Shown piece after piece: positions 37,000 through 47,265 of a stretch of DNA of 64,000 bases. The stretch comes from Vairimorpha necatrix (Eukaryota), in assembly GCA_036630325.1 (NCBI GenBank), contig CP142734.1, positions 806,001 through 870,000 on the forward strand, written 5' to 3'. The position numbers and the translations under genes are program-made. The notes below the pieces were generated by a model, which saw only the letters and a list, made by a program, of their open reading frames with translations, had not been told where the DNA came from and did not search any database. Each line of letters starts with the position of its first letter. Positions within the stretch are counted from its first letter, which is position 1.

Positions 37000-37289
37000 T
37001 TAAAAACATTTTACACAGATACATAGTGAGGGTAGCATTAAATTTAATTTTATACAAAGATTTATCGTAAAAAAAACTTCATTTTTTTTCGATCGCGATT
37101 GTAAAAGCATTTGATTTCATGCCGAATTATCAAAATATATTTTATTTTGTTTTTGTGTGATCATTGATTTCTTTTGCTTGAAAATAAAACATCTTATTTT
37201 GATATAGATCTACTTGTACTCTACAATTTTGATAAATATAATGCTAATAGGATGAAATACTAGCTAAAATATATTTGCTATTTTAGTCT

Positions 37290-37360
37290 TGTTAATATGT
37301 TTATTGTTATTCTCCATAAAAAATTAGGGGTTACATATAAAATATTTAAAATTATCAACA
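37290..37360 (-). repeat. 3' LTR (71 bp)
   Basis: Exact match to 40661-40731. Confidence 0.95.
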
Positions 37361-37367
37361 TCCCCCT

Positions 37368-39353
37368 CTACAAAATTGGCTCATCAACTAAAAGCTTTAA
37401 CTGAGAAGCGTGTCTTTTTATTTTCTTTTTTCCTATCTTGATTATAAACGCATTATTTTTTAAAGCTTTATAAACACATCCTCGAACCTTAAACTTAGGG
37501 CTACCTTTTCCTCTATTTCCTTCTTGTCTGATTAGCACAACCTCCCCTGGTCTAAAAAAATGTTCTTGCTCACCTTTTCCATTCTTTTTATTGTATTTTA
37601 TTATATTTTCCATTTGAATCTGTCTTAGTTTGTCTTGTACATTTAACAAGGTTGCTTCTTGGGGTGTCATTAAGATTCCAGTATGAAACGTGTTGTTGTA
37701 AATCTCTATAGCTCTTTTTAACTTCGTTTTTAAAAAACTGTCTTCCTTATTCTTAAATATTAGATCTTGTAGTGTCCTATTAAATCTCTCTACTCTACCA
37801 TTGGATTGGTGATGGTAGGGAGATGTATAATGTAACTCAATATTATGATGCTTACAAAAGTTGACGACCTTTGAACTTAAATTTTCTTTTGACTGATCTA
37901 ATATAAGTGTTTTTATCTTGACCTTTTCGTTGACATCTTCTATAAAACTTACTACCTTTTCATCGTTTCTTGAACTAAGAACTTTTGCAAAACCTTCTCT
38001 AGTAAAATAATCAATTGCTGATATGATATATTGCTTTCCTATTGGGCCTATTATATCCACCGCAACCTTTTCTCCTCTTTCGAATGCCGTAACAAAAATA
38101 AACTTTTTTTTCTTTTTTGAATTGTATTGACAACATATTTCACATTCATTTACTACTTCTTTAACTAGCTTTTCTACATTTTTAATTTTGAGTCCTCTTT
38201 TTCTAATTTCATACTCTAATGATTGTTTTCCTCTATGTAATAGTTCTAAATGAATAGCTCGCACAATTTCTTTTTCTTCGACCCTAATCTTCTTGAATTC
38301 AATTTCTTCTTCTTCGTTATTTTTATTTTCAATATTCTTCCTGTCTTCTTTGTCTTCCTCTATTTGTTTATTATCATCCTTTATTTCCTCATTTTCAACG
38401 AAATCAAAATTTCTGCTTAAACAATCTACGTGAGGTATGTCTTTGCCCTGCCTGTGTGTAACTTTAAAGCAATATCTAGACATTCTATCTAACCATCTTT
38501 GAATTCTCGGGGAGTTAATTTCACCTTTATTAAGCACTTCTAATGCTTTATGATCTGTTATTACCTCAAAGTTCGCTCCATATAAAAAGTAATTAAAATT
38601 TTCCATGCCCCATAACATAGCCAAACACTCTTTTTCACTAATACCGTAATTAATTTCATGGTCTTTTTGTTTCCTAGAAGCAAACGCAATGGGTATCTCC
38701 TCTTTATCAATAATTTGACTAAGTACTGCCGCGATTCCATACTTAGAAGCGTCCGTTGTCAAAATAAAATCTTTAGTATAATCTGGCTGGAATAATCCTG
38801 TGTTCATTTTGAGAATCTCTTTGGTCTTCCTAAAAAGTTTCTCTTCTTCCTCTGTCCAAATGAACTGTTTCTTGTCTTTTAATAATTCATACAGTGGACT
38901 AAATATACCGGAGCAGTCTTTAATAAATCTTCTATAGTAGTTAATTGTTCCTAAAAATTCCTGTAGCTGTTGCTTATCCTTTGGTGATTTTAAATCTTCT
39001 ATTCCTTGTAACTTATCAACTAATGGGAGTATCCTATTTTCTTCTATATGATGTCCTAAAAAGTCGATTTCACGCTGTTTAAAACTAGATTTTTCTTCAT
39101 TTATTTTAAGCTTGTTTCTATCCAAAGCTTCTCTAATTCTTTTATATGCCTCAACGTGTTCCTTTTCATTTCTGCCAAAAATTAAAATATCATCCACGTA
39201 ACAGAAACAACTCTTTCCTATTTCTTCTTTAAGTGCAAAATCCATGAACCTTTGGAATATTGCGGGAGAATTTTTATATCCTTGAGGCATTACCTTCCAC
39301 TCGTATAGTCTATGTTTAAATCTAAATGCTGTTTTAAATCTATCTCTTTCCAA
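37368..39353 (-). CDS. Gypsy pol fragment: RT (C-terminal part), RNase H, integrase
   Basis: MPQGYKNSP, YVDD, LTTDAS, EKECLA, TDHKAL, H..H..CEIC, VDIIGP, SNGRVERFNRTL. Confidence 0.9.
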   Translation of the reverse strand: MERDRFKTAFRFKHRLYEWKVMPQGYKNSPAIFQRFMDFALKEEIGKSCFCYVDDILIFGRNEKEHVEAYKRIREALDRNKLKINEEKSSFKQREIDFLGHHIEENRILPLVDKLQGIEDLKSPKDKQQLQEFLGTINYYRRFIKDCSGIFSPLYELLKDKKQFIWTEEEEKLFRKTKEILKMNTGLFQPDYTKDFILTTDASKYGIAAVLSQIIDKEEIPIAFASRKQKDHEINYGISEKECLAMLWGMENFNYFLYGANFEVITDHKALEVLNKGEINSPRIQRWLDRMSRYCFKVTHRQGKDIPHVDCLSRNFDFVENEEIKDDNKQIEEDKEDRKNIENKNNEEEEIEFKKIRVEEKEIVRAIHLELLHRGKQSLEYEIRKRGLKIKNVEKLVKEVVNECEICCQYNSKKKKKFIFVTAFERGEKVAVDIIGPIGKQYIISAIDYFTREGFAKVLSSRNDEKVVSFIEDVNEKVKIKTLILDQSKENLSSKVVNFCKHHNIELHYTSPYHHQSNGRVERFNRTLQDLIFKNKEDSFLKTKLKRAIEIYNNTFHTGILMTPQEATLLNVQDKLRQIQMENIIKYNKKNGKGEQEHFFRPGEVVLIRQEGNRGKGSPKFKVRGCVYKALKNNAFIIKIGKKKIKRHASQLKLLVDEPIL

Positions 39354-39357
39354 AAAT

Positions 39358-40248
39358 TTAATTTGAAAAAAAATTCATTCCACGCAAATTACATAAAATC
39401 TCGTCTATTCTGGGGAGGGAATATCTGTCAAGTTCAACTAGTTTATTTAACGCCACTAAATTTGTAGTCACTCGAATGGAACCATCTGGTTTTATTACCG
39501 GCCGAATATTATTAAGCCACGTAGACTTAGACTCCTGAATGTATCCCTTGCTTAAAAGCTTCTGAATCGCCATTCCAACGCCTTCTTCCATGTTCTTCGA
39601 CAATGTATATACGGGTTCTACAAATTTTTTGCCTGGTTCCGTTTTGATTTTACACACATATCCTTCATCTTCTATTTTCATCATCTCCCTCATCCCATTT
39701 TTCCCGATCAATACTTTCTCGATTCTCACTTTGGGTAAAATAAAAAATTTAAAACGATAAACTTGGTCTTTATACGTCAAATCAATAAATGTATGTTTGT
39801 TTACAATAAAAGGCTCTTCAAGGCAGGTCCTAAATATCATTTCTTTAGAATTCCATTGAAATGGTAGATTAAACTTTTCAGCTACCGCGTTACTGATAAA
39901 GTTGTACGTTGGTCCAGTGTCAAAAGTAACAGGAACCTCTTGTCCATAAAAATAAACTGAATTTTCTTTATTTTTAATAATGTCTGATAATTCGGTGCTT
40001 ATTTCATTCACTTTCTTACTTCCCTGTTGATTATAATTGGTTCCCATACGACAGTTTCTTGCAATATGTCCTAATTTTTGACAGTTGTAACATTTAATGG
40101 TTTGTTTAGTAGTTTCGATTTTTAAACTTTCAAGTTTCTTCAGTAAATCTTGCATTTCTTGTTTTCTCTTATTTTCTTCTAAACATTCTTCTTCTATGAT
40201 TGTCAACTTATCAATAATTTTTTCATCCAAAGATCCACTAATTTCCAA
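39358..40248 (-). CDS. Gypsy gag C-terminus (CCHC knuckle), protease and RT N-terminus
   Basis: CYNCQKLGHIARNC; FDTGP; KPDGSIR; LPRIDEIL. Confidence 0.85.
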   Translation of the reverse strand: MEISGSLDEKIIDKLTIIEEECLEENKRKQEMQDLLKKLESLKIETTKQTIKCYNCQKLGHIARNCRMGTNYNQQGSKKVNEISTELSDIIKNKENSVYFYGQEVPVTFDTGPTYNFISNAVAEKFNLPFQWNSKEMIFRTCLEEPFIVNKHTFIDLTYKDQVYRFKFFILPKVRIEKVLIGKNGMREMMKIEDEGYVCKIKTEPGKKFVEPVYTLSKNMEEGVGMAIQKLLSKGYIQESKSTWLNNIRPVIKPDGSIRVTTNLVALNKLVELDRYSLPRIDEILCNLRGMNFFSN

Positions 40249-40688
40249 AAATTTTTTACTCTTCCAAGTTCATCTCTTATCCCACCTGTAATAATTTCAA
40301 TTACTTCTTCTTCTTTAAGTTTAAATATCCAAGAAGAAGACTTTACATTCATGATATATCGTTTAATGCTTTCATCTTTGTCCTGCTTTATTCGGTACAG
40401 TTTTGCTAAAGACAATGTTTTATTTCCGAATGCTTCTAAAGCCAACTGTCTCCATTTCACAAAGGTCATTTTTTTATGACCCACAATAATCTCGTAGTGC
40501 CAGTCGATTAAATCGTAACTGGCTCTACTCATAATCCACTCAATCTTTCTCTCGTCCTCCATATTCTTAAAAAAGGACATTAACTCAAACCTTCGTATCT
40601 CATTTATAATGTTATCTCTACTAATCTCTGTATTCATGGGTTCTATCTCATTCTCCACCATGTTAATATGTTTATTGTTATTCTCCAT
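40203..40688 (-). CDS. Gypsy gag N-terminal (capsid-like) ORF
   Basis: QDKDESIKRY (QxxxESxxxY gag motif); the ATG lies inside the 5' LTR after CCCCTAATTTTTT. Confidence 0.85.
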   Translation of the reverse strand: MENNNKHINMVENEIEPMNTEISRDNIINEIRRFELMSFFKNMEDERKIEWIMSRASYDLIDWHYEIIVGHKKMTFVKWRQLALEAFGNKTLSLAKLYRIKQDKDESIKRYIMNVKSSSWIFKLKEEEVIEIITGGIRDELGRVKNFWKLVDLWMKKLLIS

Positions 40689-40731
40689 AAAAAATTAGGG
40701 GTTACATATAAAATATTTAAAATTATCAACA
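40661..40731 (-). repeat. 5' LTR (71 bp)
   Basis: Exact match to 37290-37360. Confidence 0.95.
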
Positions 40732-41429
40732 AGTCTGATTTATTTAATTTTTTTCTGTCTATAGAAACCTTATAGGCAAAAGAAACTTTCTTAAAATTGC
40801 AATACATTTATATGTTATGGATCACAATAATAGGTTATTGTTGCATTATTTGTCATATAACATATTGTTTCTTATAATTAAAAAAAATTGATATTTTTAA
40901 TTTATGAGCCCACGATACTTTTCAAAAATTACAAAAATTCAACATTACGATCAATCAATTTTGATAATAATCGTATATTAATTCAAAATATGCAAAAAAA
41001 GAGAACCAACCATACGTATAAGATAAAGATCAAAATATTTGTAAAATTCTACTTTTTTGTTTCTTGATTTAAATTTATACTTCGAATGATATTTTAAAGA
41101 TATAATTTAGAATTTATTTGTCATAGCCTGATGCTATGTCAAGAATTTTTGATATTTAATTTTTATCAAAAATTCCATCCATAATATTTTACAAAAAATA
41201 TTTAAATAAAAGTTTTAAAAGAAGGTTAAGAAAAAATGAGAAGAGGAGAAATATATCAAGATAGGCCTAGACCAGGACAAAGGCAAAGATATTAAGAAAT
41301 AAACAATTTTAATAATAAAAATATTATAAGTAAACGTCGAAAAATACTTTAAAGATGGGTATTATCCCCTTAGGCATGACATTATTATAAAATTAATCAG
41401 ACTTGTGATGATTTTTCTTTATTATTAAC

Positions 41430-43168
41430 TGTCACAGTTCGGAGCGAACGCCCGTTCGGAGCGGACGCCAGGGGTAAAAAATTAAAAAAAACTCTTCAGT
41501 GAGGATCGAACCAAAAAATAAGAACAAATAAATGTTCGTCTTAAATGATAACCAAAGTTTTGTCTCGATTTTTTGAGGGGTAAATTTTTGCTATTTTTTT
41601 ATAATAATGGGAGGGAATATTGAAAAGAAGGAGAAAAATAAAATAAACAAAATTTTTAGTACTTTATTCATTACCAAGCAACCTTAGATCTCTAGTACTT
41701 ATTTCTTCTATTATAATATCATTATCATCTTCTTTGCATAATTTTACTTTATTAAATTGTATTATGTCTGTTACAATATAGACCTCAGCATCTAAATGTT
41801 CATAAAGAGAATGTCTTCTGGTATTGACGTTGTTGTCCAAGTAAGGTCTTATAAGGACTCTATCTCCTATTTTAAATTCTAAAAAATCATTTCTCCACAT
41901 ACTTCTTTGTACCATTCTATCTGCAGCAGTTTGTGTATGAATTCTTGCTGCATCATGATAAATTTTATTTAAAAAAAGGTTTGTGTTATTAAGAGCATAT
42001 AGTTGCTGGATTTCCTCATTAGTATTGCAATTTAGAACATCTGATAAACTTTCTCCAGTGCATTCTTCGTCATCACCCATTTGTTCGTGATTTTCGCTAT
42101 TAATCGATTCTAGAATACCCGTGATTCTAGACTCGTCCATTATGTCCCTAATGGGTCTATTAAACATTAAAGAGAATGGTGTTTGTCTCGTAGTAGAGTG
42201 TCTTAAATTATTATATGACCAGGTAACTTCTTCATGTACTTTGGTCCATTGACCCAAAATATTTTTTGTCCTGAGAGTAGATGCAAACATCCACTTTATT
42301 GTTTGATTGCATCGTTCTATCTGTCCTTGTATCCATACACATCTAGCTCTCCCCCTTACATGTCTTATTTCATATTTATGACATAAATCGACGAGTGTTT
42401 GATTTACAAATTCTCTGCCGTTATCAGTATGAAGTATATAACAAGAACCAAACGTCCTAAACAATGTTTCAAAAGCATTCCAAACACTAATACTTGATTT
42501 GTCATATAGTGGTACCGTCCAGCAAAATTTGATAAAAGAATCTACAATATTCAATAACCATTTATATCCTTCATTGAGTTCGTGATATGGCCGGAGATCA
42601 ATCAAGTCTGCAACATATCTTTCCCTTGGATACTTTGCTACAATTGGTCTGATAACTGGTCTAGTTACTAGATTTCTCTTTGATTGACATATATCACAAC
42701 TATTCAAGACCCTCTGGATATCTTTTTGTGTTGCGTCGTAGACTTTTGTTTGCAATAATGGAAACAATCTGTCCCGTCCCACATGCCCATTTGAGACATG
42801 AATCAATTTTATATAATCGATTTTGAATCGTTGGTCGTTGGTGGTAAAGAATCTTAATGATCTATATAGACCTACTTTAAATCTCACCGTGAGCTCTGTG
42901 ATAGAGTCAATTATATCCTCAAAAGGATAAAATTTTGTGCCTTTTTCCTGAAAGCATCTCGTTCTTGTTTTTCTACCAACCTTGTTGGAACAATACCAGT
43001 CTGTAAAAAGACAAAAACTTCTTGTCTTTCATTGTTATTCAATTTTATTTTCATGCCCTTAAAATAAAGAAATTTTAAATGCAAATTACAAATAAACACC
43101 AATTTTTTTTTAATTTTTTACCCTTTCGAAGTAAGCATTTTCCCTAACGTCCGCTCCGAACGGTGACA
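41430..43168 (-). mobile_element. Ginger/Gin-like DNA transposon with Gypsy-type integrase
   Basis: TGT...ACA termini with TIRs TGTCAC(A/C)GTTCGGAGCG(A/G)ACG; integrase-only coding region; no RT or LTRs; no clean TSD seen. Confidence 0.85.
41664..43054 (-). CDS. Integrase/transposase (HHCC-DDE-GPY/F-like), split by one -1 frameshift near 42925
   Basis: N-part MKIKLNNNERQEVF from ATG 43054. Main part has HVSNGHVG..CDIC, YVADLIDL, HTDNGREF, QGQIERCNQTIK and FKIGDRVLI. Confidence 0.85.
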
Positions 43169-44071
43169 TTTATTATTTAATATTTTACCAAGCGTTATCT
43201 GCAAGCACTAAAATGCACAATAAATATAGGTCACAAACAAATAAGTAATTAAAATATAGATTTAATAATTTTAGAAAAAATTTTGTTTATTTTTAGTTAT
43301 TATGCGATTTTATTGTAACTTTTTGGGGAATTAGAAATCCTTCCAATTTTTTAAGCTTCAAATTTCTAAAATTAGGCTGAAAATCAAATTTGATATTTAG
43401 TAAAAAGTAAGACCAATGTGAAAATGCTTCAATATTTACTGTTACCGGCTGTGTTGCACACGCCAATAATCAGACTAAAACTGAAAGATGAAACAAATCA
43501 TAATGATCTGAAACTAAAACTATTTAAGAAATCTTAAATAGAACGAACATGCCAAATAAATATAGTTCTTCTTCTAATAAAAAGCCTTCTTCAATAACCA
43601 GCTCTCCTTCTGGTAACATTTACATTACGAAATCGATTATATAAAACAAATATTGCATAAAAATTTTGACGAGTTAATTATAAAGCTATAGTTTAGTAGT
43701 ATAAAATGGTTTAGAATTTGTTTTTGGTAAAATTATATGTTTTTTGAATTTTTACTATTTTAAAAGGGTCAATGATTTTTGTTTCTATTTACTTCTCCTT
43801 TTTTGCACTTGTTAGGGTGGTTTGAAAAAAAAATGATTATTTACTGGGGGGTTCATTTGCTTCTCTTTAAATCAGAAACATAAAAATTACCCCTAATAAA
43901 AGGAATCATGAGCATAAAACTAGTTTTACATTATACCCCTTATAAAGCCCATCTGTTTTCATTAAAAAACTGATTCTACAACAAAATATATTTTTTTACA
44001 TTATATCACAAATACTCCTTTATATAATCCCTTTACATCTAATTAATATTTAAAACCAACCCCTTTTAAAC

Positions 44072-45358
44072 ATGAGTGATGAATTTTGCTTTGAATTTGG
44101 AATTCCTTTTCCAATCTTCCACACAAAATACAAATTCAAACCTAAACTTGTCATCTCTGATCCCATTTCATTAAAAAAATCCACTTTTAACAAAACATCC
44201 ACAAAAACAGACTTTCACGGTCGTCTTAAAACAATAGGATCAAATACATACGCTTTGTACATAGCAAATAAGTCAAACTTGACCATAGTAGGTGACCATA
44301 ACATTGAAGTATATTTAACAAGCAATATATTAAAAATAGATTCAACTCTAAAACTAATCTATATAAAAACTAGAAAATATTTCCTAAGTTATGATTATAA
44401 GGAATTCAGAATCTGGAACTTAAAAGTAAAAGACTTTTGTGTGGTAAATGAGATACTTTATACAATAGAAGAAGACAATAAAATTGGAGTGTATGACGAA
44501 TATGAGTGTGTGAGGAGAATAGAGTATGAGAAGAAGCTTAGAATTATAAGAGGATATGAAGAAAAAATTATAATAGTGACACAAGATCATAAAGTAGTAT
44601 TGCTTAATGTACATGATCTGACAATTAATAAAATAATAAATAATGATATTGTTTACAACAATTCAATTACAAATATAAATAGTCAAAATGAACTTGATAA
44701 TGCAACTAACAATGATTTAGATGGCAGTAAAAAAACAAATTATAATACAACCAATTCTGCAACTATCATAAATGATAGTATAAATGGAATAATGATATAT
44801 AATGACGAACCTATGAAAAACGTAGAAATTTACAAGAATTATATTGTTATTAAAACCAAAACATTTCTCATAGTAAAAGATTTTATAAATAATAAAACAC
44901 AAAAGATAAAAAGCATAACAACTTCAAAATACCAAATATGCAATAATTTAATTATCTTAAACTACAAACGTGGAGCATACAAATATTATACTATTGATAA
45001 TTTAGAAAACAATAAAACAGTCTTGTATGACGAAATATGTGGAGATATAGATGTAAAAGACGAGAGGATCTATGTATTAACAAGATCAGGAATATATACA
45101 TTCTGTGAAAATCGTGAAGTGAATTTTGTAAAAATTAATATTGTATGGGATGTAAGAAAATTTTTTAATATTCTGTTTAAAAAATATAAAATGACGAAGA
45201 AAGAACACAAAGATGAAAGAATCGAAGGTGTTGAAAATGGAGTCTCGGGAATGATAAAAGAAGACTTGGAAGGAATGATTAAAAAGAAAAATGATAAAAA
45301 AGAAGAAAAAGTGACGAAAATAATAAAAAATAAGAAAAAACCAAGAGGGGGGTTTTGA
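44072..45358 (+). CDS. Housekeeping-type protein, beta-rich/WD40-like propeller with lysine-rich tail
   Basis: CCCCTTTTAAAC precedes the ATG. 428-aa ORF with repeated short beta-strand patterns (FRIWN, IGVYD, VVLLN); ends KKKPRGGF. Specific orthologue not recognised. Confidence 0.7.
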   Translation: MSDEFCFEFGIPFPIFHTKYKFKPKLVISDPISLKKSTFNKTSTKTDFHGRLKTIGSNTYALYIANKSNLTIVGDHNIEVYLTSNILKIDSTLKLIYIKTRKYFLSYDYKEFRIWNLKVKDFCVVNEILYTIEEDNKIGVYDEYECVRRIEYEKKLRIIRGYEEKIIIVTQDHKVVLLNVHDLTINKIINNDIVYNNSITNINSQNELDNATNNDLDGSKKTNYNTTNSATIINDSINGIMIYNDEPMKNVEIYKNYIVIKTKTFLIVKDFINNKTQKIKSITTSKYQICNNLIILNYKRGAYKYYTIDNLENNKTVLYDEICGDIDVKDERIYVLTRSGIYTFCENREVNFVKINIVWDVRKFFNILFKKYKMTKKEHKDERIEGVENGVSGMIKEDLEGMIKKKNDKKEEKVTKIIKNKKKPRGGF

Positions 45359-45750
45359 GGATATCTTATTTTTATTTCGCGCTTTTGTAGGCTTACTTGT
45401 TCTAAACTAAGAAATAGTTTAAACATTTTAATTTTAATTTATGTGGCATTTATATAATTAAATATTCAAAATTTTTAGAATCATCTTTGTCTATATAATG
45501 CAATGCATGTAAATGCCAATTTTAAACATAAGAATTTTTTACTACAAAAAACTTGTACTACAACAGATATAGTTGACATTATTGATTATATCGAAAACAA
45601 AGATTCATATAACAAGAAAATTTGAAATCTTCAACATGTAGATTTATTGTCTACAAAATAAATCTATTACATATAACTATATTCCCATTTAAAAGTGTAA
45701 TATTATGACATCATCAATATCAAGAAAAAATAAACATTTCCCCTCAAAAA

Positions 45751-46242
45751 ATGAAATTTATATTTTTATTTCAAATATTAACTTTCTCATGTATAAATAC
45801 TGTAACTCTATTAACAGTCAAAAAATCATCAACGGAAACACTTTTATACTTGGGTATAATAGGCAACGTAAGAAAAATCAGACACTACAAATTCGATCTA
45901 CATGAAAATAGTACTGAAACATCAATGAAACTCTTAAATATCTACAAATTTCAATCGTTTGACGATACTGACACAGAAATTATAAACGACGAGTATATAA
46001 AATATAATCAAACATGTATAGGCGACATATTGAAGAAGAAGTTTTTTGATAGTAAGCGAATATTAAAAACAGTGATAAATGTAGAGAGAGATAAAATTTA
46101 TAGAATTAGGAGATATGTAAATAATGATGAATTGGGTGTGTATACTGATACGTTTACAATGAATTTTAGTGAAGAATTTTATAATATAAAAATGTCTGAA
46201 AATGGTTTAGTAAATAATCACTTAGAAGTATTGGAATATTGA
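45751..46242 (+). CDS. Family A member consisting of the N-terminal domain only (163 aa)
   Basis: CCCCTCAAAA precedes the ATG. SCINTVTLL, ETLLYLG, FFDSKRILK, EEFYNIKMSE; no tyrosine tail. Confidence 0.85.
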   Translation: MKFIFLFQILTFSCINTVTLLTVKKSSTETLLYLGIIGNVRKIRHYKFDLHENSTETSMKLLNIYKFQSFDDTDTEIINDEYIKYNQTCIGDILKKKFFDSKRILKTVINVERDKIYRIRRYVNNDELGVYTDTFTMNFSEEFYNIKMSENGLVNNHLEVLEY

Positions 46243-46434
46243 AGATATTGCAATAGGAAAGAAATAAATATAAGAAGATAAAAAAGAAATAAATAGTTGT
46301 TTTATCGATTTGAGCATTGTTATTTCATCTCTTTTAGTAAGACTATAATTTTTTGTAAAAATTAATGTGTAATTAATCAAAAAAATTTATATGTTATGAC
46401 TTTGTATATGTTTCGATGGCTAAAGCTAGGGCCT

Positions 46435-47265
46435 TTTTTTTATTTGCAAGTATGAGATAAAAAGAACTTACAAAGGTACCAGAGGAATCTGGGCGTGATC
46501 TTATATAACTGGTAGTGTGAATTTCGTATTTACTAAAACTCCCACCATATAACATGCCGGTGCAGCAAGATCCCCTTGTCCGTTGGATTTTGCTTAAGAT
46601 AACATTCTCATTATACACAAAACGCGTAAAGAGCAACCGCACAGCGAGTATACTATAATTGCATGGTTATTAAGAACCTGAGAAGAGACACTAACGTACT
46701 TACTCAAAGGTCCCCACAATCATCCGAATTGCACACGCGGATCCTTGCACCACAACATAACTAGCCGGCAGTTTTTTTATAGGACTGCGTTGGCCACCAG
46801 TCTCCCACCAGTTATAGTCACCGTGTTACAGAATCTTATAGGATAAGGTACACGAGACCTTTTATTCCATACTAGTCTTGTTTCTTGTTAGCCCTGGGAT
46901 CCCACTCAGAGATCACCAGCTTAAGTCTGAACAGGCCGTAATAATCAGATACTTTTATGTATCATTATGGGCCCCAGAGGGATACTGTTTTCGGCCTTGA
47001 TGTGCGTTTCTAAATTAGATTCTAATTCTCTTGTGGCTGGACGGACAAAGTTTCATCGATAAACTTAATATTTATCGATGACATTTTATATTATCTATAA
47101 TGTTCCGACTGCATCATAAAAAGTAGAAACATTTTTATTAACTTTTGGATTTATACTCAGCCATTGCTCAACGAAAGTATCGGGGTCGAACACTGGGCTA
47201 AAAGTATCTAGGACCTTGTACTTCTTTGGTTGTACGCTATCGTAGTAGGGGTTGTATCTTAAAAA
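46435..47265 (-). mobile_element. Longer, more diverged SINE copy
   Basis: Reverse complement matches 35950-36670 (GATTCTGTAACACGGTG, GGGAGACTGGTGG, CCTCTGGT..CTTGCAA(A)n). Its 5' extension contains a second B-box-like GTGTTCGACCCCG. Confidence 0.8.

Larger units (their letters stand above)
33546..37024 (-). pseudogene. Putative secreted-protein gene (~560 aa) disrupted by a Merlin insertion, one nonsense codon and one frameshift
   Basis: CCCTCACT-ATG at 37024. Removing the Merlin element and one TSD copy gives MYLCKMFLTILFIKPNIEPYKTIQTKLHAR..., in frame with ORFs 34580-34897 and 34019-34567; 33546-33962 follows after a frameshift. Confidence 0.75.
37290..40731 (-). mobile_element. Ty3/Gypsy LTR retrotransposon, 3442 bp, 71-bp LTRs
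   Basis: Identical TG...CA LTRs at 37290-37360 and 40661-40731; 5-bp TSD AGTCT; PBS TGGTGGAGAAT directly after the 5' LTR; PPT TAGAGGGGGA; domain order gag-PR-RT-RH-IN. Confidence 0.97.
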
